This document shows positions 1 to 9,000 of a DNA stretch of 34,179 nucleotides, piece after piece. The stretch covers positions 1-34,179 of the forward strand of contig JBLFWS010000017.1 of NCBI GenBank assembly GCA_047611865.1, read 5' to 3'. Origin of the DNA: Chlamydiales bacterium (lineage in GTDB: Bacteria; Chlamydiota; Chlamydiia; Chlamydiales; JBDQID01). The first letter of the stretch is position 1, and the number at the start of each line of letters is the position of its first letter. Made by a program: the position numbers and the translations under genes. Below the pieces are notes generated by a model. That model had not been told where the DNA came from. It did not search any database and saw only the letters and a program-made list of their open reading frames with translations.

Positions 1-45
1 GACAAAGTCTGTGAATTAAAACAATATAAGCATAGCCCTGAAAGA

Positions 46-1161
46 CTATCTATTTTTGAAATCTTCGTCCTTAGGGTCGAAGTTCACCACATCCCCTTTT
101 GGCGCACTCTCTTTTAACATTTCTCTTTGGAAACGTTTCTGAACTAAAAGATTTTGCTCAAAATCTTTTTTGGCATATGTCATCACCCGCGAGAGCTGTT
201 TCTCAAAATTCTCTAACCTACTGCCATCAATAGCTTTGTTAATAATATGATTCATTGTCTGAGTAGCCACACGCTTAATCGTTTTCGTCGTCACAGACTC
301 TGGATCTGCAAGAGAAATTGGCCTCATTTTATATACTGCCGTCGGGACTTCTTCATTATAAAATATGATACCTGAAAAATTTAGATCCAAGCACAAATGT
401 CTGGAACAAATGTCTCGCAATTTCACACCCAGATGTGCTTCGTTCGTTTTTCTCGCCTGATTAAAAATGATATAGAAATCCAAGTCCATACACACTTCTC
501 GAATATTATCTGCTATCCACTCATTCTTCTGAGCAACAGCATCAATGAGTTCTGCAATAGTCGATATATTCAGATGATTATTGCGATTCGTTGAAAGCTT
601 TAAAATCTCAGTAATTCCCTTATGATTGCGGAACATGCGGAATAGTATTCTATAAACAACGTTCTTTAAAAACTCGTACGCATTCACAATAGCAGTCGGC
701 TCAGGTGTTGTGATAACCAATCCGGCCTGGGTCATCGCAAAAAAATCTACTACATTATTCGAACTCCCTGCTCCTAAATCCAGTAAAACCAAATCCGCAT
801 TTAGTTTTTTTATCTGATTTATCAATTTGACCTTTTGCATATGTTTCAAGTTAGCAAGCTCCGGAACAAAGCCACTGCCAGGGATCAACAATAAACTCTC
901 TAGCTCCGTTTTCACCACATAGTCCGTCAATTTACTACGTGGAGTACTAAAATAATCTCCTAAACCACGAGGAGGCTGCCGCATACCAAAAAGCGTATGT
1001 AGATTTGCGGCCCCAAAATCCAAGTCAATTAAGACAACCTTCATTCCAGCCAAAGCGTATTGGACAGCAAGATTACTACTGACCATAGACTTCCCCACTC
1101 CGCCCTTACCTCCACCTACGGAGATAATTAAAGGCTCATTTTTCTTTCTGCTTTCCAACAT
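46..1161 (-). CDS. MinD/FlhG(FleN)-family P-loop ATPase with C-terminal extension
   Basis: Deviant Walker A GGKGGVGKS, DLDFGAANLH, DLGAG and TTPEPTAIVNAYEFLK. The ORF track starts at 1203; the ATG at 1161 (MLESRK), 7 nt after the upstream stop, is the preferred start. Confidence 0.88.
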   Translation of the reverse strand: MLESRKKNEPLIISVGGGKGGVGKSMVSSNLAVQYALAGMKVVLIDLDFGAANLHTLFGMRQPPRGLGDYFSTPRSKLTDYVVKTELESLLLIPGSGFVPELANLKHMQKVKLINQIKKLNADLVLLDLGAGSSNNVVDFFAMTQAGLVITTPEPTAIVNAYEFLKNVVYRILFRMFRNHKGITEILKLSTNRNNHLNISTIAELIDAVAQKNEWIADNIREVCMDLDFYIIFNQARKTNEAHLGVKLRDICSRHLCLDLNFSGIIFYNEEVPTAVYKMRPISLADPESVTTKTIKRVATQTMNHIINKAIDGSRLENFEKQLSRVMTYAKKDFEQNLLVQKRFQREMLKESAPKGDVVNFDPKDEDFKNR

Positions 1162-1168
1162 AAGATCA

Positions 1169-2563
1169 CTACCCGATAATTTTATTTGCCTCACGGTATT
1201 CATGAAGCTTATTTCTCAACGTACGAATGCTTATGCCTAGTATCTCAGCTGTTCTTGTTCTGTTATTACTTTGTGTTTCAAGAGTCTCTAAAATTAAGCG
1301 TTTTTCCACTTCACGAAGTGTTAGACCAGAAAGAAACAAGCCTTTTTTCGAACTCAATTCGACTACAGGTTCAGTATCTAACTTTTCAAAGGGCTCAATA
1401 TACAGATGCTCCCCATCTATAGTCTTGTCTAAATCTAAGACAACAGCCCTCTCAATAATATTAGCTAACTCCCGAATGTTACCCGGCCAGTGATATGCCA
1501 ACAGTTTCTTTTTCGCAAAATCATTCAAGTGCTTTACCGGCTGATGATTTTCAAGACACATCTTTTCCAGAAAATATTCGGCAAGAAGGATTACATCCTC
1601 CCGTCTATCTCTTAAAGGCGGCAAACAAATCGGCACGACATTCAGTCGATAATACAAATCTTCACGGAAAACCTTTTGATCTATTGCCTCTTTCATATTT
1701 CTGTTAGAAGTCGAAATAAGCCGTGTATCAACCTGTATTACCTTGGCTCCACCGACGCGCTCAAATTCTCTCTCTTGTATAACGCGTAATAACTTTGCCT
1801 GAAGCCCTATGGGTATCTCTGTAATCTCATCCAAAAGAAGAGATCCGCCATCGGCTAACTCAAATCGCCCCTTTCGCTTAAGGTTGGCCCCCGTAAATGC
1901 TCCCTTTTCATGGCCAAAAAACTCAGATTCTACCAACGTATCTGGTACTGCGGCACAATTTACTCGAATAAATGGAGCGTGAGCTCGTGGAGAACTATGA
2001 TGAATTGCAGCGGAGATCACCTCTTTACCAGTCCCAGACTCGCCGCTGATAAACACACTGGCATTACTCAAAGCAATTCTCTTCACATCACTCAGAATTT
2101 TCTTCATTACAGCGCTTTCACCAATTACTCGATGAGGACTATTTCCTCCTCCTGATTGAACCTGCTGTCGTAAGTAGCTATTTTCTTCTACCAATGATAA
2201 ATATTCTTGTGCCTTATGTATTACAGCTTCAATGGAATCTGGAGAAAAAGGTTTAATAAGATAATTAAAAGCTCCGAACTTCATTGCCTCTACAGCATTC
2301 TCAATGCTTCCATATGCCGTAATGATAATGACTATAGTACTGGGATTTTGCTCCTTAACTTTTCGTAATACCTCAATTCCAGTTATATCTGGCATTTTCA
2401 TATCTGTAATAACCATGTCATAGGAATTGTCTTTCAACAAAGCCATTGCCGTCTTTCCATTCTCAGCGGTAGTAACCTCGTACCGTTTCCTTTTCAGAAC
2501 TTCAGCCAGGAAATTGCGAATGAGCATCTCATCATCCACAATAAGAATTTTTTCTATTGCCAT
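1169..2563 (-). CDS. atoC: Sigma54-dependent response regulator (REC-AAA+-Fis HTH), AtoC/CtcC-like
   Basis: REC domain (ILIVDDE, TDMKMP), Walker A GESGTGKE, GAFTGA loop, Walker B LLLDEI, WPGNIREL and a C-terminal HTH (NRTRTAEILGISIRTLRNKL). Confidence 0.93.
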   Translation of the reverse strand: MAIEKILIVDDEMLIRNFLAEVLKRKRYEVTTAENGKTAMALLKDNSYDMVITDMKMPDITGIEVLRKVKEQNPSTIVIIITAYGSIENAVEAMKFGAFNYLIKPFSPDSIEAVIHKAQEYLSLVEENSYLRQQVQSGGGNSPHRVIGESAVMKKILSDVKRIALSNASVFISGESGTGKEVISAAIHHSSPRAHAPFIRVNCAAVPDTLVESEFFGHEKGAFTGANLKRKGRFELADGGSLLLDEITEIPIGLQAKLLRVIQEREFERVGGAKVIQVDTRLISTSNRNMKEAIDQKVFREDLYYRLNVVPICLPPLRDRREDVILLAEYFLEKMCLENHQPVKHLNDFAKKKLLAYHWPGNIRELANIIERAVVLDLDKTIDGEHLYIEPFEKLDTEPVVELSSKKGLFLSGLTLREVEKRLILETLETQSNNRTRTAEILGISIRTLRNKLHEYREANKIIG

Positions 2564-3861
2564 GCACAGCCCCCTTCAGGTCTTTTAACCGCTTTGGGTA
2601 TCCTAATCACAAACGCCGTTCCCTGGTCAAGCTCGGAATTAACTTCAATTGTGCCGTCATGTGCCTGAACTACTTTGTAGACTTCTGAAAGTCCAAAGCC
2701 GTTCCCATTATGCTTTGTGGTAAAAAATGGCGAAAAAATCTTTTCTAGATTTTCCGCCGAAATTCCAACTCCGGTATCTGCAACTTTTAATACGAAATTC
2801 TGCCCTTCATCTTCTAGTGAAATTACAACTCTTCCCCCTTCTGGCAACGCCTGCGCTGCATTGAAAATCAAGTTGTATAAGACAGAGTTAATTAAATTTG
2901 GATCTACGTGCGCTTCCAAAGACTCACACTCAGATTCAAGAACTAAGGACACATTCTTAGGAAACGAATGGTCCATCAATATAAATTTTTTATTTTTTTC
3001 AACGAAGCTAACGAGGTCTATCTGCTCATAATACATGTCGATAGGCCGAGAATAATCCAGTACCCTACTCACCAGATTGTTCAATGCTCGTGTCCCCTCA
3101 ACAATTTGAGAGGCCATATTTTGACTTTCAGGCCTATCAACTAAATCTCTACAAAGCAGTGAAGCAAACCCTTCAATACCTCCCAAGGGATTGCGTATTT
3201 CATGAGCGACAGATGCAGCCATTTCCCCTAACTCTTCCAATCGATTATTTCGCGTAGCTAGCCGCTGTAGGCGAAATACCTCTGTCACATCCCGCAGCAT
3301 AACAATAAGACCATGATTTAACTCGGGCCCTTGTCCAACAAACGTCAAAGTCACCTCTACATCTTTTGATCCATACTCATTACTGAGAGCAGTAAAAAAT
3401 GATTTATCACTGAGCTTTTCCTCAATGGCTTTTCCCATAGAAAAGCCAAAAATCTTATCGTCAAAATGATCCCAAAATTGAGAAAATAATACTTTTTCTC
3501 TCTTGTACCCTAAAATTTCTTCAGCAGCAGCGTTAAATGTCGTTACATCACCAGATAGTCCCATAAAAAGGATTCCTTGCTGCATGTGACTTAAAATGCC
3601 ATCCAGATAATTTGTAACACTATCTAACTCTACAAAATTCTGATTCAAACGACGATTGCTCTCTTCTAGTTCCAGATTAACCGTATGAAGCTTTGCCCGT
3701 AAATTCTCATAGGCAGCCTCCAGACGAGTAGTCTCTTGAGAGAAAAGGTTGAACGCTTTCGTAAGGTTCTCTATCCCTTCCTCTTTAGTAGTGCTCTCAG
3801 AAACAGACTTAGCCACCTTTTGCAAAAGCGACAACCCGGTAGAAGCCATACACCAACCCAT
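2554..3861 (-). CDS. atoS: PAS-domain sensor histidine kinase, AtoS/CtcB-like (soluble)
   Basis: H-box AHEIRNPLGGI, N-box NLIFNAAQA, G boxes DTGVGI and GNGFGL, F-box FSPFFTTK, PAS (FNAAAEEILGY). Overlaps the regulator by 10 nt. Alternative start at 3849. Confidence 0.92.
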   Translation of the reverse strand: MGWCMASTGLSLLQKVAKSVSESTTKEEGIENLTKAFNLFSQETTRLEAAYENLRAKLHTVNLELEESNRRLNQNFVELDSVTNYLDGILSHMQQGILFMGLSGDVTTFNAAAEEILGYKREKVLFSQFWDHFDDKIFGFSMGKAIEEKLSDKSFFTALSNEYGSKDVEVTLTFVGQGPELNHGLIVMLRDVTEVFRLQRLATRNNRLEELGEMAASVAHEIRNPLGGIEGFASLLCRDLVDRPESQNMASQIVEGTRALNNLVSRVLDYSRPIDMYYEQIDLVSFVEKNKKFILMDHSFPKNVSLVLESECESLEAHVDPNLINSVLYNLIFNAAQALPEGGRVVISLEDEGQNFVLKVADTGVGISAENLEKIFSPFFTTKHNGNGFGLSEVYKVVQAHDGTIEVNSELDQGTAFVIRIPKAVKRPEGGCAWQ

Positions 3862-4109
3862 TATACTGGTTATTAATGACTCAGAATTACACTAAACAAT
3901 AATGCCACAACCTCAGCCGCATTATAGGTCATACCTCAATAAACCATAAACTTTTTTTTAACCAAGTTCGATAAGCGATCTCATTTCCAGCCCTTAATTT
4001 TACCCCCAAATTATGACTTAATCTGTCAACTTAGCAGGGGTTTTTCAAATCAATCGCATTGATAAATTAGTGTGCTCTTTTTTTATTTTCCCATCTACTT
4101 AACAGTCTT

Positions 4110-4134
4110 TATACCGAAATGACTTCAAGAATTG
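4110..4134 (+). repeat. Dispersed intergenic motif, possible MITE terminus (copy 1)
   Basis: TATACCGAAATGACTTCAAGAATTG. A related copy lies at 21410-21435. It resembles ERIC-type TATACC...TTCAAG ends; no partner end was found. Confidence 0.35.
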
Positions 4135-4247
4135 GGTTAAGTAAAAATTCAAAGCTTACGCCTAATGGACACCCTATCTTCCTTATAAAGGAAAGAGCTT
4201 AGGGGAATTATGGGCAATTCAAAAGCAGGCTAAAACCACATTTCTGT

Positions 4248-4457
4248 GGCGTTGTTGTATAAAACGTGAGTCTACAAGAGGCTTATGATTAACATTTTAC
4301 CACCGAGATCACAGAGGGCACAGAGAAAATAAAAAATCACAGATCAGTTGATAGCATATTCTGAGAGACTTTATGCATTTTTCTATCTCTCTGTGTTCTC
4401 GTTGCTCTCTGTGGTTAAATAAATGATTGTAAACGTATTAAGTTATGCAACAACGCC
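4248..4457. mobile_element. 210-bp non-autonomous MITE with IS5-family (IS903 group)-like ends
   Basis: Terminal inverted repeats GGCGTTGTTGTATAA (4248-4262) and TTATGCAACAACGCC (4443-4457), 14/15 match. Exact 9-bp flanking duplication CATTTCTGT at 4239-4247 and 4458-4466. No transposase ORF. Confidence 0.9.
4295..4420. repeat. Long imperfect inverted repeat inside the MITE
   Basis: TTTACCACCGAGATCACAGAGGGCACAGAGAAA pairs with TCTCTCTGTGTTCTCGTTGCTCTCTGTGGTTAAA. Confidence 0.7.
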
Positions 4458-4671
4458 CATTTCTGTTGGCCTATATGAAAGATCAGGCGTCCGCCGGCTT
4501 TTAATACACGATCCCAAGTCGGATCACAAAGATTTACAAATCGGCAGACATCTTGAGTCTATGTGAAAAATTAGAGCTTCAAACGAGTTTAAAGCCTTTT
4601 TTTAGCCCAAAAACTAAAAAAAATATAATTGAAATTGCTAAAGCTCAGATAAGAATCTGCCGACAATTTTC

Positions 4672-4700
4672 TTGATAAAACAGAACACAAACAATATAAA
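4672..4700 (+). promoter_or_regulatory. Candidate sigma70/sigma66 promoter of the SET gene
   Basis: TTGATA-N17-TATAAA, 12 nt upstream of the ATG at 4713. AT-rich context lowers specificity. Confidence 0.45.
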
Positions 4701-4712
4701 AATTTAAATGCT

Positions 4713-5582
4713 ATGATCTATTCCAAGCTTGTTAAACGCCTTATCAAAAGTGGCAGGGACATTAACCTCCAAGATCATTATGGAAACACACGCTTACACC
4801 AATTTATCCTTCAGGATGATGTAGAAGCTCTACAATTATTAGTGAAAAATGGAGCCAAGCAGGAAATAAAAAATAGATACGGCTGGACTCCTAAAGATCT
4901 AGCCCTCAACCTCGGAAGAAGAGACTGTCTCCAATATTTAAAACAAGATGAAATACCCTGGGTTTCCTTTTTTGATAGGGGATCTTTTTACATTAAATTT
5001 CTTACAAAAAATGCATTCGAGCAGCTCATAAACTTTGAATATCTCCCCCAACTTAAATTTGACGACCCAAAAACTCTAGAGAAAGCAGCAAAAATTGCAA
5101 AACATTATATTGAAACAAAAAACCATATTTTGACACCGGATTCAGAAACTCTTGATTGGATTAAAGCCAACATTTCGGCCCCCATTTGGAAAGACTTTGT
5201 GATTCAATGGGTGGGTGATGAAATAGGTTATGGGCTTTTTGCTAACAGGGATCTAATAATGGGAGAATTTGTAGGCGAATATGTAGGAACAGTTTCTTGC
5301 CAAAAAAAATTGAAAGAGAATGACTATCTTTACTATTATAACGAAACCACCGACCCTAATAAAGTTATCTATATCGATGCAAAATCTTCAGGAAACCATA
5401 CACGATTTATAAACCACTCCAGTACTCCGAACCTCCTTAATTCGACCTTCTATTATGACGGTCTCCTTCACCAACTTCTATTCGTCAACCAGCCCATCTC
5501 AAAAGGTCACCAGCTCACATATGACTATGGTGAAAAATTCTGGGAGGGCAGGGAGAGCCCCCCCCCTAACTGCTTAACTTGA
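4713..5582 (+). CDS. Ankyrin-repeat plus SET-domain protein lysine methyltransferase (putative effector)
   Basis: N-terminal ankyrin motifs (DHYGNTRLH, NRYGWTPKDLA). SET motifs IGYGLFA, GEFVGEYVG, GNHTRFINHS, QLTYDYGEKFW. Confidence 0.9.
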   Translation: MIYSKLVKRLIKSGRDINLQDHYGNTRLHQFILQDDVEALQLLVKNGAKQEIKNRYGWTPKDLALNLGRRDCLQYLKQDEIPWVSFFDRGSFYIKFLTKNAFEQLINFEYLPQLKFDDPKTLEKAAKIAKHYIETKNHILTPDSETLDWIKANISAPIWKDFVIQWVGDEIGYGLFANRDLIMGEFVGEYVGTVSCQKKLKENDYLYYYNETTDPNKVIYIDAKSSGNHTRFINHSSTPNLLNSTFYYDGLLHQLLFVNQPISKGHQLTYDYGEKFWEGRESPPPNCLT

Positions 5583-6050
5583 ATTATTTTGAGAGAGCTT
5601 GTCTTTCTTCTTCTGCAAAGCATCCATATAAGCCATTAGCATAGCCTCATTTGCCTTATCAATCGTCACTATCTCTGCTAAAAGATTTTCGATCCCCTCA
5701 AATAAGCCCTGATAAAACTCTTCTTCTTGAACCGAATGCCCCCCTCTCCCTTTCCACGATTTCTTAAGAGGTTGTATCTTTTCTTCAATTTCCTCCACAC
5801 ACGCAAGTAAAATTTGCTTTTTCTTCATCAGAGGAACAATTTCATTAATTGGCTTATGAGTAGTATATTTTTCATGCTCGTTACGCGCCAGTTCGAGAAT
5901 CACTCTGTAAAACCCACATTGCTTCTCAAGAAGCTTAGGCAGCTCCTCCTCGACTTGCTTTCCGGCATAGATCTGTTCACAGCTTTTATTCCACATTCGG
6001 CACCCACACGCTAGACTAGGTCTCTGGAGTGCCAAAATGCGCCACCCCAC
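5574..6050 (-). CDS. Small helical FlgN-like hypothetical protein
   Basis: All-helical pattern LLEKQCGFYRVILELA...LMKKKQILLACVEEIEEKI...LLAEIVTIDKANEAML, typical of FlgN/FliT-type chaperones. The start may be the ATG at 5996. Its stop overlaps the convergent SET gene by 9 nt. Confidence 0.6.
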   Translation of the reverse strand: MGWRILALQRPSLACGCRMWNKSCEQIYAGKQVEEELPKLLEKQCGFYRVILELARNEHEKYTTHKPINEIVPLMKKKQILLACVEEIEEKIQPLKKSWKGRGGHSVQEEEFYQGLFEGIENLLAEIVTIDKANEAMLMAYMDALQKKKDKLSQNNSS

Positions 6051-6076
6051 CTGAAGGACTTCAAATCATCCCCGAT

Positions 6077-9000
6077 TTACAATGTATTCAACTCGTTCAG
6101 CAATTCCTTTGCACGAATTCGTGCAGTAATCTGTATACCATCACCATCTTCGAGTCCCACAAGCTCTTCCAATATCGATCGAGCCATATCGAGTTTATCT
6201 TGGGTTTTTTTCTGCTCGAGCTTCTTCAACACTTCATCCTGTATAAAAGCCACCTCATTAAAACGCTCTCTTCCCACCTGAAATAAAGCTCTCGCATATG
6301 CCAACTTTGCTCTAATTTTGTCTGAACCATCCGCCTGAGCGAAAAAAAGATCCTGATCTGGCCTCAATATATATTCATGTAATTGTTCAGAATTTGCCCA
6401 GTCCTCTCTAAAATCAGCACCCATTGATGCCAACTCCACGATCTGCCATACAGTTATTGGTGATTGAATTCTGTTTGGGAACTGCTCTACCCTATTCAAG
6501 TGCTTCTGAGCAATTTCAACTAGTTTACCGTAATTTTCAAAATCATCTAAGAAAGAGTGTAAAGAGGCCCTATAAAGATCCACCTCTTCAAGAATTTCTG
6601 CCTGAGCACTAACAGGTACAAATACATCATCTATCCCTGTAGCACGCATGCGTTGCTCAATCCATCTTTTTAAAGAATAAGCGAAGTTGGCAAGACGTTC
6701 GGTAGCCTTATCAATTTCCATAAGGTTATCGATATTATTATTCATTGGAATCATGTCTTTACGATCTTCAGGAGTTAACTGTAAACCTTTTGCAAACTCC
6801 AAGGTAAACTCATTGATCATTGAGTCTTCGATACCCTCACGAGTAAATTGCTTTAAAATCTCTCCCATAAATTTCAATGGAGACAAGTTAACGTTTACGA
6901 TCGTAAAGTCTCGAACGCGGACCAATGCATCGTAAACTCGAACCTGTTGTCCACCAATTTTCCTATCCCAACTCCTGATATTCCTTACCCGGTCTCCCTC
7001 TACCGTCTCCGGCAATCTTTCTTGCTCGGTAACATATAAATCATCCACTGCTTTGAGAAGCTCTACGTAACTCTCCCTTTGGCCACCCGCTTCCAGCATG
7101 ACTTTATCAATACGAGCTAAAGCATCGTCAGGGTCAAACTCCTGCCCTGGTTCAAGCCCTCTTGCCAACAACCGACGATACCCTTCAAAAGTACTGAAGG
7201 CTAAATCAAGAATATCTGATTTAATATGTCCCCATTCAGCCTGCAAAATATGGCTCTTCCGATAGATCTCAAACTCTCTTTTATTCAACTCTCTCAAAAT
7301 ACGGTCTTCACGCCAGCGAATCATTCTGAAAAGACTCTGGGCTTTTTTAAAATAGCTCTTAGCTGAAGTATATTTTCTCTGTGTCAAATAAATTTCCGCC
7401 GAATGTAAACAACTCATTGCAAGAGGTCGGATAGAATCTCTATAATCCGTTTCCAAAATGGCCAACCCACGAATATTCATCAAAGAAAGCTCCCCTTCTG
7501 AATCCAGAAGCTCTACAGGGGCATAGTCTCGGAAAACTGCTCTAAAAATTCCCAAAGCATTCTCATAATTAAACAACTCCTTTCGAACAAAGCCTAAATC
7601 AACAAGAATGTCTGCATGATAGTAATGCTCTTTCTCTAACATTACCCGATCCTTCTCCTCAGCTAATTCGCTCAGAAAATAATCAGCTATTAACCACTTG
7701 GAGGTTTTCATCAAAGCCTGCGCGTAGGCAATTCGAGCCTTTAGCACATAAGTATTACCTGGATCACCCTCTTGAGCTCTACGAAAGATATCCGCAGCAC
7801 CCTCGTAATCTTGGTTGTCAAAATACAGTTTCCCTAGCTCAAAGGCTATATAGGAATATCCCGGGTTCAACTCTCCAGGTAAATCTCCCTTAACAGTCAT
7901 ATCCTCATGATTTAAACTACCATTACTATCATAAGGACTTCCAAGAACAGCTACCAAATCCCTTCTCGCATTTTCATAATCCCCTACCATCTTCCGTAGG
8001 AGCCCTCTCTGAAGGGTAGCTGCTCGACGATATGGCGAATACGACTGCGTCAAAATAAGCTGTGAGAAATAGGCCATTGCCTTATAAGTATATTCATCTA
8101 TAGCCTCATGATCTTTTTGTACTTCAATCACTCCGCCGACCAAAGAATTTTTAATCTCTTCTTCGTATGCTTCATTCGCCAAGGCACTATAATTTCGTCC
8201 CAAGCGATAGAGGACCTCATGAGAATGTGGATTGTGTGCCATAAGTGACGCGTACAGAGGGTGAACGCCCAGATCATACTGAAACTGTTCAAGTAAAATA
8301 GGGTCTATCTGTCCAACAGGTAAATCAGAATTTTCTAATTCTATCCCTGGCAAATCTTTTACCATGTCGGTCAAGATCTGCCGATCATGTAAAATAGATT
8401 CGTGATAGTCTCCCTTCAAAAAGGCTATAACACCAAGATTTATTCGTGCTTGATCAACCAAGTTCACGGGCTTGCGAACCTTTACAGGAAACTCCTGCGT
8501 GCCAAACATTGTTTCAGTAAGGATATCCTTGAAAGACGAGGATTCCCTACTTAGTGAAGTTGCGAAATCTAAATAGCTCAAAAATGATCGCATAGCAGCA
8601 TCGAGTTCTTTCCTCGCTTGATCATTGGCCTTAACTTCTGCTCTGCTACTACGGATAAAGCGTAAGGCTCGTTTCATATAGATTTCACCAGAAAGAAAAC
8701 GAGATCTAGCTATAATCGCATTATTATCTCGCATATTACCTTCACTGCCTCCCCCCATCCCTGACTCTGTCCGGGTGATCACGTAGTTGGGTAATTCTTC
8801 ATGAAATACATTTAGGGCCGTCTCCTCGAGAAAATCAATCCAGGTATCAAAATTAACATTCCCCCCATCTGCTAACTCTCCTTCAGGACCAAACATTTCT
8901 TCTGAGTAGACAAAAGTGGGATTGAACTCATTAACTATCAACTGACCTACGCGACTTTCCTGTTCAAGCATTTCAGGAGGAAGCTCATTCGAAACGATCA

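Noticed and set aside
4541..4663. Inverted repeat TCGGCAGA / TCTGCCGA as another MITE
   Set aside because: Only 8 bp with no target duplication, which is too weak.
6030..6044. Sigma54-like site TGGCGCATTTTGGCA upstream of the FlgN-like gene
   Set aside because: GG-to-GC spacing is 9 nt, not the required 10.
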